From positions 1,574 to 65,573 of the forward strand of contig JBAZKH010000005.1 in NCBI GenBank assembly GCA_041650935.1: a stretch of DNA of 64,000 nucleotides. The letters run 5' to 3'. A model generated the notes under the pieces. It did no database searches. It saw nothing but the letters and a program-made list of their open reading frames with translations, and was not told the origin of the DNA. The DNA is from Candidatus Omnitrophota bacterium. Its GTDB lineage: Bacteria; Omnitrophota; Gorgyraeia; 2-01-FULL-45-10. The position numbers were made by a program, and so were the translations under genes. Each line of letters opens with the position of its first letter. Within the stretch, counting starts at the first letter, position 1. This document shows, piece after piece, positions 33,101-44,004 of the stretch.

Positions 33101-34224
33101 TTCTTTATAATAAATGGTTCGAAGAGCTCGAGCGCCATCTTCTTCGGGAGCCCGCATTCATTCAATTTGAGCTCGGGACCCACCACTATAACGGACCTGC
33201 CCGAATAGTCGACACGCTTCCCGAGAAGGTTCTGCCTGAACCGGCCCTGTTTTCCTTTAAGCATATCGGAAAGCGACTTTAACGGCCTGTTGCCGGGACC
33301 GAGAACGGCTTTACCGTGCCTGCCGTTATCGAACAACGCATCGACGGCCTCCTGCAGCATCCTCTTCTCGTTTCGTATGATGATTTCCGGCGCCTTCAGT
33401 TCTATCAGCTTCTTCAAACGGTTGTTCCGGTTGATAACGCGCCTGTAAAGGTCGTTCAGATCGCTGGTCGCGAACCTTCCGCCGTCGAGCGGGACGAGCG
33501 GCCTTAAGTCAGGAGGTATAACCGGCAGTATGTCGAGTATCATCCATTCGGGCCTGTTGCCCGAATTTTTGAAACCCTCGATGAGCCGCATTATTTTCAC
33601 GGACTTCTTCTGGCTATTATCGGTCTTGCTATCCTTAACTTCGCGTTTCAGCTTTGAAGCGAGCTTATCGAGATCGATCTCTTTCAGCAATTCTCTTATC
33701 GCTTCACCGCCCATTCGTGCGGTAAACTTCTGGCCGTACTTATCTCTATATTCTTTATAACGTTCTTCCGAGAGCAGTTCCAGCTTCTTAAGCGGAGTCT
33801 CGCCCGGATCGACTACTATATACTCTTCATAGTACAGTATCTTTTCGAGCTCGCGGGAAGTCAGCCCAAGCAGCATACCTATCCTCGACGGCATGACTTT
33901 AAAGAACCAGACGTGCGAAACCGGGCAGGCAAGTTCAATATGCCCCATCCTTTCGCGTCTGACGCTTGAGCGCGTAACCTCTACGCCGCACCTGTCGCAA
34001 ACGATTCCCTTGTGTTTTATCCTCTTATATTTACCGCAGTTACACTCGTAGTCCTTCGTGGGGCCGAATATACGTTCGCAGAAAAGGCCGTCTTTCTCGG
34101 GCTTAAGCGTCCTGTAATTGATAGTCTCCGGCTTCTTCACTTCGCCCTTCGACCATGACCTTATAATCTGCGGCGACGCTACTTTTATTGTTATCGCATT
34201 AAATAAACCGGTCTCTTCTACCAT
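30193..34224 (-). CDS. rpoC: DNA-directed RNA polymerase subunit beta'
   Basis: 1343 aa; 'NADFDGDQM' catalytic motif. Confidence 0.95.
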   Translation of the reverse strand: MVEETGLFNAITIKVASPQIIRSWSKGEVKKPETINYRTLKPEKDGLFCERIFGPTKDYECNCGKYKRIKHKGIVCDRCGVEVTRSSVRRERMGHIELACPVSHVWFFKVMPSRIGMLLGLTSRELEKILYYEEYIVVDPGETPLKKLELLSEERYKEYRDKYGQKFTARMGGEAIRELLKEIDLDKLASKLKREVKDSKTDNSQKKSVKIMRLIEGFKNSGNRPEWMILDILPVIPPDLRPLVPLDGGRFATSDLNDLYRRVINRNNRLKKLIELKAPEIIIRNEKRMLQEAVDALFDNGRHGKAVLGPGNRPLKSLSDMLKGKQGRFRQNLLGKRVDYSGRSVIVVGPELKLNECGLPKKMALELFEPFIIKKLKEKGFVHTIKSAKKMVEKAKLEVWDILDDVIKDHPVMLNRAPTLHRLGIQAFQPILIEGNAIRIHPLVCTAFNADFDGDQMAVHVPLSVEAQTECKILMMSANNIFSPADGRPITSPTQDIVLGCYYLTKERPGAKGEGKSFSSPEEVRIAYEDQEIELHAKIKVVIDEKLIETTVGRVFFNQLLPKDVGYVNETMSKSKLGKTIYRCYKLKGHLSVVKLLDELKRAGFEEATKAGLSISVDDLKIPAAKNEYLQRTIADVKHVDEQYKRGLITDRERYNKIIDLWTHTTDDVSDLIFKELDSFNPIFMMADSGARGSKLQIRQLAGMRGLMAKPSGEIIETPITANFREGLTVLEYFISTHGARKGLADTALKTADSGYLTRRLVDVAQDVIVSTEDCGTLNGILISAIIEGDEVVVKLSERIIGRVALDNIVDVITDTVLVEAGSEITEEKAKQIEEAGIEKIRIRSVLTCEARHGCCAACYGRNLATNRMVELGEAVGIIAAQSIGEPGTQLTMRTFHIGGTASRIVEQSYLESKNKGAVKYHSLKVVATKKEGEFVVLNRNGQISINDPQGRELERHTVPQGAMIRGEDGKTVEAGTIFVKWDPYTVPILTDVSGKIKFEDIKEGITMKEELDPATKLKNRVIVEHKGDYHPQIIMLGKEDEVAAIYPIPAGAHIVVMDGKTVSAGDVLAKTPRVFSKTKDITGGLPRVAELFEARRPKDPAIISEIDGIVEFGESKKGQKRVIVKSSTGMKKEYVIPHGKHLNFYKGDKVLAGQQLVDGPVVLQDILRISGDKKLQEYLVNEVQEVYRLQGVNINDKHIETIVRQMLRKMRIEDPGDTSFLLGQQVDKMVFIEENKRVVKKKDKAASATPILLGITKASLNTESFISAASFQETTRVLTEAAASGKTDFLRGLKENIIMGHLIPAGTGFNAHRNISIVKHVLDEVKKETVEKKAETEKKEVV

Positions 34225-34226
34225 AT

Positions 34227-37200
34227 CTATTTTTCCTTATCCTCGGGAACCCGCTTCTCCATCTTTATCTCAAGGCCGAGGGATTGAAGTTCTTTCACCA
34301 AAACATTGAACGACTCCGGGGTACCTGTCTGCAGTTTATTGTCGCCTTTGACTACGGCTTCGTATATCTTGGTCCTTCCTACGACATCATCCGATTTTAC
34401 GGTCAGGAGTTCCTGTAATGTAAACGCTGCGCCGTACGCCTCAAGGGCCCAGACTTCCATTTCGCCGAACCTCTGGCCGCCGAACTGCGCCTTACCGCCG
34501 AGCGGCTGCTGCGTAACCAGGGAATACGGGCCGATGGACCTGGCATGTATCTTATCGTCGACCAAATGCGCCAGCTTGAGTATGTATATGTAACCGACGG
34601 TTACTTTCTGGTCGAACGGCTTACCGGTAAAACCATCGTAGACCGCAACTTTACCTTCTTTTGGTATACCGGCCTTCTTCATCTCTTCCTTTATCTCGGA
34701 TTCGGCTGCGCCGTCGAAGACGGGGCTTGATACCTTAAAACCAAGAACCTTAGCCGCCCATCCCAGATGCGTTTCGAGTATCTGCCCTACGTTCATACGA
34801 CTGGGCACGCCGAGCGGATTCAGCACTATCTCAACCGGCGTACCATCTTCCAGGAACGGCATATCCTCTACGGGCAGTATTTTGGCAACCACGCCCTTAT
34901 TTCCGTGACGTCCCGCCATCTTATCGCCGACGGATATCTTCTTTTTGCTTGCTACGTAGACTTTAACCTTCTTCAATACGCCGGGCGGTAATTCATCCCC
35001 GCGCTTCACCCTGTCTATCTCTCTTTCAAGCTCGAAGGTCAGTTCCTCTATCTGGCTATCCAAAAGCCTGGTAACCCTGGCCACTTCCTGCTCAACTTCC
35101 GGATTATTAAGTTTTATATTTTCGAGGTCGCCTTTTTCGGCAATGCGCTTCAGGTCTTTCACCCTGACGGTCCTGCCCTGCGACATCAGCGCCCTGCCGG
35201 ACTCCTGGTCGAGAATGCCTGCCGCGAGTTTCTGCCCGACGAGAAGATTGTGGAGCTTCTTATACTTCTCTTCTTTTACCTTCGATATCTGCGTCTGGAA
35301 AGTCTCTTCCAGCGTCTTGATCTCCTTGTTCTCGGCGGTCCTCTCTTCTTTCGTCTTACTCCTTGCGTCCCTCCTGGAGAATATCCGCACATCGACGACT
35401 ATACCCTCGACACCCGGGGAAGCCACAAGCGATGAGTCTCTCACATCTCCGGCCTTCTCTCCGAAGATCGCTCTCAGAAGTTTTTCTTCCGGCGAAAGCT
35501 CGGTCTCCGACTTCGGCGTCACTTTACCCACTAATATATCTCCGGGGCCGACTTCCGCGCCGGTCCTTACGATGCCGTTCTCATCAAGATTGCGCAGGGC
35601 CTCTTCACCAACATTCGGGATATCCCTGGTGATCTCTTCATTGCCAAGGCGCGTATCCCTTGCCTCTATTTCGAATTCTTCTATGTGGACCGATGTATAT
35701 TTATCCTCCGCTACCAGCCGCTCGCTCAAAAGTATGGCATCTTCGAAGTTGTAACCTCTCCACGGCATGAATGCCACAAGGACGTTCTTACCAAGGGCCA
35801 ATTCGCCGTTTTCGGTCGCCGGACCGTCGGCTATAACATCGCCTTCCTTCACTTTATCGCCTAATTTCACAATCGGCCTGTGATTGATGCACGTGTTGGC
35901 GTTCGACCTTTCGAATTTGCTAAGCTTATACGACTTTCCGCTTATTGTGATCTCGCTCGAATCTACCGCAGTGACGGTACCCGCGTTCTTAGTGACAACA
36001 ACTGCGCCCGAATCCTTGGCGGCCCTGTACTCGATGCCTGTTCCGATCAGCGGAGCTTCTGTATAAAGAAGCGGAACTGCCTGGCGCTGCATGTTCGAAC
36101 CCATCAGCGCGCGGTTTGCGTCATCGTGTTCGAGGAATGGTATAAGGCAGGCGGCAACACTCACAAGCTGTCTCGGAGAGACGTCCATATACTGGACATC
36201 CTTAGGATCGGCCTGTATGAAGTCGTCTTTGGACCTGCAAAATACTTTGTCCTCGACGAAATGGTTGGATGAGTCCAGCTTGGCATTCGCCTGGGCTATA
36301 ACATAAAGGTCCTCGATATCCGCGGAAAGATAGTCGATCTTGTCGGTAACCCTTCCGTTCTCGACTTTCCTGTATGGCGTCTCGATAAAACCATATTTAT
36401 TGATCTTGGCGTACGTGCTCAACGACGCGATAAGTCCGATATTCGGGCCTTCCGGCGTCTCTATCGGACATACGCGGCCATAATGCGAGTAGTGTACGTC
36501 TCGCACCTCAAAACCGGCTCTTTCCCTGTTAAGACCGCCCGGGCCAAGCGCGCTCATGCGGCGCTTATGAGTAAGTTCCGCCAGCGGGTTTGTCTGGTCC
36601 ATGAACTGCGAAAGCTGGCTCCTGCCGAAGAAGTCGCGTATAACGCCTGAAATCAGCTTCGCGTTTACAAGGTTATGAGGCATCACATTCGAAAGATCGT
36701 ATATATTCATCCTCTCCCTGCAAGACCTGTCAACTCTTGCCAGCCCTATCCTTATCTGGTTCAAGAGCAGCTCTCCGACGCACCTTACGCGCCTGTTGCC
36801 GAGGTGGTCGATATCATCCGTAGCGCCCTGGCCGGCCTTCACCGCCAGCAATTTCAAGACAACCCTGACGAGCGTTTGCGGAGTAATCAGCCGCTCCTCC
36901 AGCGAGACGTTCATATCAAGCTTCCTGTTCAGCATGTAGCGTCCGACATCGCCGAGATCGTATCTCTTATTATCGAAAAATAACCTTGCGACAAGATTAG
37001 CAGCCGATTCGGGAGTCGGAGGATCGCCGGGCCTCAATTTCCTGTAAATATCGAGGAGCGCTTCCTCTTTAGTATGAGTATGATCCTTTTTAAGAGTATT
37101 CAGTATCTCCGGAATGACGGTCTTTATAACAGAGACCTTCCGCACGGACGACGCCCATATCTTCTCCCCCAGCTCTTTCGTGATCTTTTCAAATTTCGGC

Positions 37201-37934
37201 GCGAGGATTATATTCGTCTCTTTCTCTATCAAATCGCTTGCAAGCGTTTCGCCGATAAGTTTTTCGAGCTGTGCCGATCTCGTAATCTCATGGACCTCGA
37301 TACCGCCAAAGGCTTTTAGTATATCCTCATCGCTTGAATAACCAAAGACACGCAGGAAGACCGTCGCAAGAAACTTTCGTTTCCTATCGACGTAGACATA
37401 CAGGATATCATTCATATCAAACTCGAACTCGACCCATGCGCCCCTATAAGGTATGATCCGCGCAGAATAGACGGTTTTCCCGGAAGGGTGCGGCTCGGAC
37501 TCGAACGATATACCCGGAGAGCGATGAAGCTGACTGACGACAACACGTTCGTCGCCGTTAACTATAAAGGTACCTGTCTCGGTCATGAGAGGGATATCGC
37601 CGAGATAGACTTCCTGTTCCTTCGTCTCTTTTTTGGATTTAAGCCGCATCATTATCCGCAACGCGCCGGCGTAGCTCATACCCCTCTTCTTACACTCGGG
37701 GATGATATACTTCGGCTTGCCGATCGTATAATTCAGGTAGTCCAGCTTATACTCCCCATCCGGAGTTTCGATAGGAAATACTTCCCTGAACGCGGCCTCC
37801 AACCCTTCTTTTTTACGCTTGCCCTTTGGAACTTCAAGCTGCAGAAAATCACGGTACGAATCCAGCTGTATATCCAGCATATTCGGCAGTTTATAACATT
37901 CTTCCAGCTTGGCGTAACTTTTCCGTTTTTGCAT
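34227..37934 (-). CDS. rpoB: DNA-directed RNA polymerase subunit beta
   Basis: 1235 aa. Confidence 0.95.
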   Translation of the reverse strand: MQKRKSYAKLEECYKLPNMLDIQLDSYRDFLQLEVPKGKRKKEGLEAAFREVFPIETPDGEYKLDYLNYTIGKPKYIIPECKKRGMSYAGALRIMMRLKSKKETKEQEVYLGDIPLMTETGTFIVNGDERVVVSQLHRSPGISFESEPHPSGKTVYSARIIPYRGAWVEFEFDMNDILYVYVDRKRKFLATVFLRVFGYSSDEDILKAFGGIEVHEITRSAQLEKLIGETLASDLIEKETNIILAPKFEKITKELGEKIWASSVRKVSVIKTVIPEILNTLKKDHTHTKEEALLDIYRKLRPGDPPTPESAANLVARLFFDNKRYDLGDVGRYMLNRKLDMNVSLEERLITPQTLVRVVLKLLAVKAGQGATDDIDHLGNRRVRCVGELLLNQIRIGLARVDRSCRERMNIYDLSNVMPHNLVNAKLISGVIRDFFGRSQLSQFMDQTNPLAELTHKRRMSALGPGGLNRERAGFEVRDVHYSHYGRVCPIETPEGPNIGLIASLSTYAKINKYGFIETPYRKVENGRVTDKIDYLSADIEDLYVIAQANAKLDSSNHFVEDKVFCRSKDDFIQADPKDVQYMDVSPRQLVSVAACLIPFLEHDDANRALMGSNMQRQAVPLLYTEAPLIGTGIEYRAAKDSGAVVVTKNAGTVTAVDSSEITISGKSYKLSKFERSNANTCINHRPIVKLGDKVKEGDVIADGPATENGELALGKNVLVAFMPWRGYNFEDAILLSERLVAEDKYTSVHIEEFEIEARDTRLGNEEITRDIPNVGEEALRNLDENGIVRTGAEVGPGDILVGKVTPKSETELSPEEKLLRAIFGEKAGDVRDSSLVASPGVEGIVVDVRIFSRRDARSKTKEERTAENKEIKTLEETFQTQISKVKEEKYKKLHNLLVGQKLAAGILDQESGRALMSQGRTVRVKDLKRIAEKGDLENIKLNNPEVEQEVARVTRLLDSQIEELTFELEREIDRVKRGDELPPGVLKKVKVYVASKKKISVGDKMAGRHGNKGVVAKILPVEDMPFLEDGTPVEIVLNPLGVPSRMNVGQILETHLGWAAKVLGFKVSSPVFDGAAESEIKEEMKKAGIPKEGKVAVYDGFTGKPFDQKVTVGYIYILKLAHLVDDKIHARSIGPYSLVTQQPLGGKAQFGGQRFGEMEVWALEAYGAAFTLQELLTVKSDDVVGRTKIYEAVVKGDNKLQTGTPESFNVLVKELQSLGLEIKMEKRVPEDKEK

Positions 37935-37980
37935 ATCGTTAGTTCTCTTTACTGGTAACTAGCAACCGGTTACTGGTAAC

Positions 37981-38400
37981 TTACTTTAGCTCAATCTTTG
38001 CGCCTGCGGTTTCAAGCTGTTTCTTTATCTTGTCCGCCTCTTCCTTTGTCGCGCCCTCTTTGATCGTCTTTGGCGCACCGTCAACGAGATCCTTTGCCTC
38101 TTTTAACCCAAGGCTTGTAATAGCTCTGAGCTCTTTGATAACCTGGATCTTGCTTGCTCCGGCGCTTGCGAGGACAACGGTAAATACCGATTTTTCCTCA
38201 GCCGCCGCAGGCGCCGCTCCTGCCGCCGCGCCGGCAACTCCTACAGCAACCGGTGCCGCAGCCACAACGCCGAACTTATCCTCAAGAGCCTTCACGAGAT
38301 CTGCAAGCTCCATGACGGTCATCTTTTCGATGGTCTCCATCACGTTCTTCATCTTTTCCGTAAGTTCTACTTTTACTTCTTTTGTTTCCTTTGCTTCCAT
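37981..38400 (-). CDS. rplL: 50S ribosomal protein L7/L12
   Basis: Ala-rich hinge plus conserved CTD; strong GGGAGGAGAGGGAG SD before ATG 38400 (alternative Met17 start). Confidence 0.88.
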   Translation of the reverse strand: MEAKETKEVKVELTEKMKNVMETIEKMTVMELADLVKALEDKFGVVAAAPVAVGVAGAAAGAAPAAAEEKSVFTVVLASAGASKIQVIKELRAITSLGLKEAKDLVDGAPKTIKEGATKEEADKIKKQLETAGAKIELK

Positions 38401-38420
38401 TGGTCTCCCTCTCCTCCCTA

Positions 38421-38987
38421 TTATTTAGCTTCTTGCGCAACCGCGCCTTGTGTTTTTTCTTTATTTACCTTGATCGCATCTACAACATAAACAAACTTCC
38501 TGATGATACCGCCCAGAGTACCGACAAACCCGGTTATCGGCGACTTGATACCGCCGACCACTTTAGCTATAAGTACGTTTCTAGGCGGCAGGCTTGCCAG
38601 CTCTTTTACCCGGTTCGCCGAGAGGCGCTTTCCGTCTATAACCGCGCCTTTTATCTTGAATTTATCATTAGTCTTCGCGAATCCGACAAGCAGATTACAA
38701 ACACCGGCCGGGTCCTCGCCGCAGAGCGATATGCCCATCCCGCCTTCAACCTGCGCAGCCTCCTCCTCAAGCTTCATCTTGTTAAATATCAGCTTAAGTA
38801 TCGAATTCTTGACCACAAAGTAGTTCGCCTGCGATTTTTTGAGTTTTCGACGTAAGTTTTCCAGATCCCCGGTGCTCGTCCCCATAAAACTGGTTATGAC
38901 AAAATTCGGATGCTTGGTAAACCGCAGGAGCAGTTCCGCCATCATTTTTTCTTTACAAAGTTTTCCGAATTTATCCATCGTGACCAT
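38421..38987 (-). CDS. rplJ: 50S ribosomal protein L10
   Basis: 188 aa. Confidence 0.88.
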   Translation of the reverse strand: MVTMDKFGKLCKEKMMAELLLRFTKHPNFVITSFMGTSTGDLENLRRKLKKSQANYFVVKNSILKLIFNKMKLEEEAAQVEGGMGISLCGEDPAGVCNLLVGFAKTNDKFKIKGAVIDGKRLSANRVKELASLPPRNVLIAKVVGGIKSPITGFVGTLGGIIRKFVYVVDAIKVNKEKTQGAVAQEAK

Positions 38988-38995
38988 CTTAAGCC

Positions 38996-39703
38996 TTAAC
39001 CCTTCCTGAACTGCGCTATGTCGAGCTTTATACCGGGCCCCATAGTCGTGGAGATAAATAGTGTCTTTACGTGCTGGCTTGTCGGGCTCCCGCCTTGAGG
39101 CGTTGTAGTCATTATCGCATCTATAAGCGCCGCGGCATTTCCATACAAAGCATCTTCGGTAAAAGAGAGTTTTCCCAGCGGCGCATGTATACCGGCCTGC
39201 TTATCCATCTTGAATTCTATCTTTCCGGCCTTAACTTCCTTAATTGTCTTCGCCGTGTCCATGGTAACGGTTCCGGATTTCGGATTCGGCATGAGTCCCC
39301 GTGGACCGAGTATCTTGCCGAGCTTTGCCATATCCCTCATCATCTCGGGCGTTGCAACCGCCACATCGAAATCGGCCCATCCGCCCTGAACCTTCGCGAT
39401 AAGGTCCTCCGCTCCGACGAAATCTGCGCCTGCGGCTTTCGCTTTCTTCTCTTCTTCGCCCTTGCAGAATACGGCAACCCTTACCTTTTTACCGGTCCCG
39501 TGCGGCAAACTCACCGTCCCGCGGATCGAAGCGCTCTGGCTCTGTTTTGGATCTATATTCAGTTTTACCGCTATCTCGACAGTCTCGTCAAATTTCAGCT
39601 TCGGCATATTCTTCAAAATAGCAATCGCTTCTTTAAGGCTATAGGTTTTGGCCTTATCGACCAGCGGTTTTATGCTCTTTATCCTCTTCGTCTCTACCTT
39701 CAT
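38996..39703 (-). CDS. rplA: 50S ribosomal protein L1
   Basis: 235 aa. Confidence 0.93.
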   Translation of the reverse strand: MKVETKRIKSIKPLVDKAKTYSLKEAIAILKNMPKLKFDETVEIAVKLNIDPKQSQSASIRGTVSLPHGTGKKVRVAVFCKGEEEKKAKAAGADFVGAEDLIAKVQGGWADFDVAVATPEMMRDMAKLGKILGPRGLMPNPKSGTVTMDTAKTIKEVKAGKIEFKMDKQAGIHAPLGKLSFTEDALYGNAAALIDAIMTTTPQGGSPTSQHVKTLFISTTMGPGIKLDIAQFRKG

Positions 39704-40128
39704 TAGTCCACCACCTCGATACCCATACTACGCGCAGTACCTTTTACGATATTGATCGCTTTATCTATGTCCGTAGTATTCAAATCTTTGAGTTTCATAT
39801 TGGCAATCTCCTTAACCTGCTGGAGAGTTACTTTTCCGACCTTCTCTTTATTCGGAACACCGCTCGCTTTGGCCACGCCGCAGGCCCTCTTAAGAAGAAT
39901 AGAAGACGGAGGTGTCTTGATGACAAAGGTAAAGGTCCTATCCTCGTATGCCGTAATAACGACCGGCAATGTCAGGCCGTCCTGCCCCTGGCTCTTGGCA
40001 TTGAACTGCTTGCAGAACTCCATAATGTTAAGACCGTGCTGGCCAAGCGCCGGGCCTACCGGGGGCGCGGGATTCGCCGCGCCTGCCGGACAATAGAGCT
40101 TTATCACTGCCTTTATCTTTTTAGCCAT
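39703..40128 (-). CDS. rplK: 50S ribosomal protein L11
   Basis: 141 aa. Confidence 0.93.
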   Translation of the reverse strand: MAKKIKAVIKLYCPAGAANPAPPVGPALGQHGLNIMEFCKQFNAKSQGQDGLTLPVVITAYEDRTFTFVIKTPPSSILLKRACGVAKASGVPNKEKVGKVTLQQVKEIANMKLKDLNTTDIDKAINIVKGTARSMGIEVVD

Positions 40129-40180
40129 TTTTTCGTATCTCGCATCTCGTATTTCGTAAACGAAATACGAACGACGGTTT

Positions 40181-40711
40181 TTAGACTTTCTCTACCTGCC
40201 ACGTCTCGAGTTCAACAGGAGTCGCTCTGCCGAATATCGATATCATGACCTTTATCTTGCCTTTCGCCACGTTGGTATCCTCGATAGTACCGTTAAAATT
40301 CGTAAACGGCCCGTCGGTGACCCTTACCGCTTCGCCTTTTTCAAATATAACCTTGGGAGTCGGCTTCTCTTTAGCCTCCTTGGCCTGTTTCAATATCATG
40401 TCTATCTCGTCCTCTTTTAGAGGAAGCGGACGCGCGCCGGCACCCACAAAACCGGTAACTCCTGGAATACTCTTTATCAGATACCACGTCTCGTCGCTCA
40501 AGTCCATCTCCACCAAAATATAGCCGGGGAAAAACTTACGCTGAGAGATCCTCTTCTTACCGCCTTTTATTTCGGAAACCTGTTCGATAGGAACGAGTAT
40601 TTGGCTTATACCGTCCTTGGCAAGACCGGCCTTGATTTTGGCCTCCAGAACGGTCCTTACTCTGTCTTCGTATCCTGTCTGCGTATGTATTACGTACCAG
40701 CGTTTAGCCAT
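40181..40711 (-). CDS. nusG: Transcription termination/antitermination factor NusG
   Basis: 176 aa NGN plus KOW. Confidence 0.92.
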   Translation of the reverse strand: MAKRWYVIHTQTGYEDRVRTVLEAKIKAGLAKDGISQILVPIEQVSEIKGGKKRISQRKFFPGYILVEMDLSDETWYLIKSIPGVTGFVGAGARPLPLKEDEIDMILKQAKEAKEKPTPKVIFEKGEAVRVTDGPFTNFNGTIEDTNVAKGKIKVMISIFGRATPVELETWQVEKV

Positions 40712-40770
40712 TTTTACTTATCTCGTATTTCGTATCTCGTAAACGATATACGAAATACAAACTACGATTT

Positions 40771-40962
40771 TTAGATCCGCGTCATTATAACGTTCACTAT
40801 CTTGGATAAAAACAGATCACATATACCGATAAAAAGTGAAAGTACCGCTAATGAAACAATAACCACTATCGTTGAACCTATAAGCTCGTCCTTAGTAGGC
40901 CAGGAGACCTTCGACATCTCGAGCTTAATGTCTTTGAAGAAACCGGTGACTTTATTGGCCAT
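40771..40962 (-). CDS. secE: Preprotein translocase subunit SecE
   Basis: 63 aa from MANKVTGFF, single TM; track ORF extends to 40992. Confidence 0.8.
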   Translation of the reverse strand: MANKVTGFFKDIKLEMSKVSWPTKDELIGSTIVVIVSLAVLSLFIGICDLFLSKIVNVIMTRI

Positions 40963-41187
40963 AAATTTATCTGTTCCTGTTAAACCCGACACTATTTAGG
41001 ATTTTAACCGGGGACCAGTTTTTTGCTCTGCTTCGCAGAAGCAAACTGGCAGGCCAGGAGGGACTCGGTTACTTCGCCGCCGGAGGCGGCTGCGTAACCT
41101 CACCTCGCTCGCTGTCGGGCAGAGCCCTTTTCCTCACTTCGTTCGGCGCTCGCTCGTTTCGAGTCCCATGCCTTGCCAGGAGTAAAC

Positions 41188-41264
41188 TGGCAGGCCAGGA
41201 GGGACTCGAACCCCCAACACGCGGTTTTGGAGACCGCCGCTCTACCAATTAGAGCTACTGGCCT
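41188..41264 (-). tRNA. trpT: tRNA-Trp (anticodon CCA)
   Basis: Cloverleaf AGGCCAGTAGCTCTAATTGGTAGAGCGGCGGTCTCCAAAACCGCGTGTTGGGGGTTCGAGTCCCTCCTGGCCTGCCA; 3' CCA encoded. Confidence 0.85.
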
Positions 41265-41314
41265 CCCAAAAAAACTCCTGACGCTTACCTTGCGGGATTA
41301 AGGGAGGTAAACTC

Positions 41315-41467
41315 TTACTTAATCTCCTTATGTAATGTATGCTTCTTACAGGTCCTGCAAAACTTGCTTAATTCCAGTTTATCCGGATTCTTCTTTTTGT
41401 TCTTCGTAGATGAATAATCCCTGTTCTTACACACCGAACACTCGAACAGGATAATCTCTTGTGCCAT
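41315..41467 (-). CDS. rpmG: 50S ribosomal protein L33
   Basis: 50 aa from [18 protein letters not shown]...CRTCKKH (Zn-ribbon); track ORF extends to 41527. Confidence 0.85.
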   Translation of the reverse strand: MAQEIILFECSVCKNRDYSSTKNKKKNPDKLELSKFCRTCKKHTLHKEIK

Positions 41468-42728
41468 TTCTCGTCTTTCGTTGTGCGTTGTTAGCTGCGC
41501 GTTGATCGAACAACGCGCACCGGGCAACTATTCTATAACTTCGGTCACTACCCCTGCGCCAACGGTATGTCCGCCTTCACGTATCGCGAACCTTAACTCT
41601 TTCTCCATGGCTATGGGGGTAATCAAGACTACTTCGAACTGGACGTTATCGCCGGGCATTACCATCTCCACGTCTTTAGGGAGGGTAACGACTCCGGTAA
41701 CGTCTGTGGTCCTGAAGTAGAACTGGGGTCTATATCCGTTGAAGAAGGGCGTATGACGGCCGCCTTCTTCTTTGCTCAGGATGTATACTTCCGCTTTGAA
41801 CTTGGTATGGGGCGTGATCGATCCGGGCTTTGCCAGGACCTGGCCGCGCTCTAAGTCTGTCTTTTCAATACCTCTTAACAGGACGCCGATATTGTCTCCG
41901 GCCTGTCCTGAGTCGAGGAGCTTCCTGAACATCTCAACACCTGTAACAACGCTCTTTTTAGTGGGTTTTATACCGACTATCTCTATCTCCTCGCCTACTT
42001 TTATCTGACCGCGCTCGACCCTGCCTGTTCCTACCGTGCCGCGTCCTGTTATGGAGAATACGTCTTCTATAGGCATAAGGAAAGGCTTATCGAGGGCTCT
42101 CTGGGGCTCGGGGATGAAGGTATCGCATGCATCCATGAGGTCGAATATGGGCTTTACGGCATCGGCCGCATCCGGCTGTGTCATCGCCTTCAACGCGCTT
42201 CCTCTTATTACAGGGGTCTTATCTCCTGCGAATTTATACTTTGTGAGGAGCTCTCTTACTTCGAGCTCAACTAAGTCTACAAGCTCTTTATCTTCTACCA
42301 GATCTACCTTGTTTAAGAATACCACGATCGATGGGACGTTAACCTGGCGGGCCAGGAGGATATGCTCACGGGTCTGGGGCATCGGGCCGTCTACGGCGCT
42401 TACTACGAGTATTGCCCCGTCCATCTGGGCGGCTCCGGTTATCATATTCTTGATGTAGTCGGCGTGTCCCGGGCAGTCTATATGGGCGTAATGGCGCTTG
42501 TCCGTCTCGTACTCTACGTGGGCTACCGCTATCGTGACGGTCTTGGTTTCATCTCTTACGGTACCGCCCTTGGCGATATCGGCGTAGGACTTTACCTGCG
42601 CTTTGCCTTTCTTGGCAAGAGTAGCGAGTATCGCTGCTGTAAGAGTAGTCTTACCGTGGTCGATGTGGCCTATGGTGCCGATATTGACATGCGGCTTACT
42701 TCTTACAAACGTTTCCTTTGCCATAAAT
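41468..42728 (-). repeat. Duplicated segment: tuf copy 2 plus 3' flank hairpin
   Basis: See copy 1. Confidence 0.85.
41528..42724 (-). CDS. tuf: Elongation factor Tu (copy 2; protein identical to copy 1)
   Basis: 398 aa identical protein; one synonymous difference seen near the 5' end (ATA/ATC Ile codon 15); GGAGGGA SD. Confidence 0.95.
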   Translation of the reverse strand: MAKETFVRSKPHVNIGTIGHIDHGKTTLTAAILATLAKKGKAQVKSYADIAKGGTVRDETKTVTIAVAHVEYETDKRHYAHIDCPGHADYIKNMITGAAQMDGAILVVSAVDGPMPQTREHILLARQVNVPSIVVFLNKVDLVEDKELVDLVELEVRELLTKYKFAGDKTPVIRGSALKAMTQPDAADAVKPIFDLMDACDTFIPEPQRALDKPFLMPIEDVFSITGRGTVGTGRVERGQIKVGEEIEIVGIKPTKKSVVTGVEMFRKLLDSGQAGDNIGVLLRGIEKTDLERGQVLAKPGSITPHTKFKAEVYILSKEEGGRHTPFFNGYRPQFYFRTTDVTGVVTLPKDVEMVMPGDNVQFEVVLITPIAMEKELRFAIREGGHTVGAGVVTEVIE

Positions 42729-42856
42729 CCCTCCGTTCGTTTGCTCTACTTCGCTCTTCTGCTGCGGAACATTGGTAGAGCTTCGTAGAAGCATTCTGCT
42801 TAGCGCAATTCCTGCAAAGCCCCCCACAAGTACTACTGCTGACGGGCGTAGCAGAA

Positions 42857-42932
42857 TGGAGCTGCAGATCGGGATTGAACCGATGACCTCATCCTTACCA
42901 AGGATGTGCTCTACCGACTGAGCTACTGCAGC
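42857..42932 (-). tRNA. tRNA-Thr (anticodon GGU)
   Basis: GCTGCAGTAGCTCAGTCGGTAGAGCACATCCTTGGTAAGGATGAGGTCATCGGTTCAATCCCGATCTGCAGCTCCA. Confidence 0.85.
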
Positions 42933-43116
42933 CTACTCGACGTAACTTAGCGCGAGCGGCTGTTGTCAATCCTTCGACAAAGCTCAGGATCAACACTGAG
43001 CCTGTCAATTTGTTAAACACGAAAAAGACAAAGAACTCTCCGTATCGGAGTTGTCTTAAATATAAAACTCGTCGTTATATACAATATTAGTTAGAATAGC
43101 TAATTGAGTTGTGAAG

Positions 43117-43144
43117 ATTATAGCAGAAAGTAAAAATCTGTCAA
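43117..43144 (-). promoter_or_regulatory. Strong sigma70-type promoter (TTGACA-16-TATAAT) for the tRNA-Thr/tuf/ribosomal superoperon
   Basis: Minus strand reads ccTTGACAgatttttactttctgcTATAATcttc, about 185 nt upstream of tRNA-Thr. Confidence 0.55.
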
Positions 43145-43227
43145 GGTTTTTTTTAACTTTTTTACATGAACCCCTCGTGCGCAAACACGTGGTTCATTAA
43201 CCATGGTGGATGCAATTACATGTATTA

Positions 43228-44004
43228 CTAGATCTCTTCGACAGCTTCCTGCCTTACCCACCCTGCCTTGCCGTCGATCCTCTTTATCCGTCTCCAACCG
43301 TCCCTCGTCTTCAGGATAGAGACCTCATCGCCTTCCTGGAGCTTGTAGAATGTGGTCGACTTGTCGATCGGCTCATACTTACATTCGGTATTTTTACCGA
43401 CTACAACGCCGCGGCGCAGCAGTTCTTCATCGTAATAGCGTATAGCGAAAGCGCCGACGTTCATTATAAAAATTATGACAACAGCGGCATAGATGAGACG
43501 CGCTTTTCTAAATAGGCCCGGCTTCAGAATCCCGGCTATCAGAAGGCCCGTCAGAACAAGGTAAATGATGATCGCAGAGACCGATATAGCGTTAAGGCTA
43601 AGGCTCACGAACGGGGTCTTTACCAGGGTTACGATGGGATTTTTTCTAGGCACATCGACGCCGGAGCCCGCCACAAGAGATTTGGCATAGTCAAGATTAG
43701 CCTTAAGATCGCTATCCTGCGGCATCAGCTGTTTTGCTTTTTCATAGAATAGGATCGCATAACCAAGTTTGCCCAATTTGAAATAAGAATTCGCCATGTT
43801 GTAGTAAAGGTTGCCGCTCTCTATCCCCATACTTATTACTCTGTTATATTCTTGCAGCGCCTTCTCATAATCCCGTTTTTCGTATAAACTGTTTGCCAGA
43901 TAGAACGGCTTGTTAGGGTCGCTATCTTTATCGGTATTGCCCTGCGCAAATAGTGCGCCGCCCAGTAAAATTAAGCAGATGGCCGTCAGGATAATCTTCT
44001 TCAT
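43228..44004 (-). CDS. batE: BatE-like protein (signal peptide, TPR repeats, TM helix, C-terminal SH3b)
   Basis: 258 aa; last gene of bat locus. Confidence 0.65.
   Translation of the reverse strand: MKKIILTAICLILLGGALFAQGNTDKDSDPNKPFYLANSLYEKRDYEKALQEYNRVISMGIESGNLYYNMANSYFKLGKLGYAILFYEKAKQLMPQDSDLKANLDYAKSLVAGSGVDVPRKNPIVTLVKTPFVSLSLNAISVSAIIIYLVLTGLLIAGILKPGLFRKARLIYAAVVIIFIMNVGAFAIRYYDEELLRRGVVVGKNTECKYEPIDKSTTFYKLQEGDEVSILKTRDGWRRIKRIDGKAGWVRQEAVEEI

Noticed and set aside
43160-43200. Hairpin ATGAACC...GGTTCAT downstream of batE as terminator
   Set aside because: On the transcribed (minus) strand it is followed by an A-run, not a U-run. The T-run precedes it on the plus strand. It does not fit an intrinsic terminator in either orientation.
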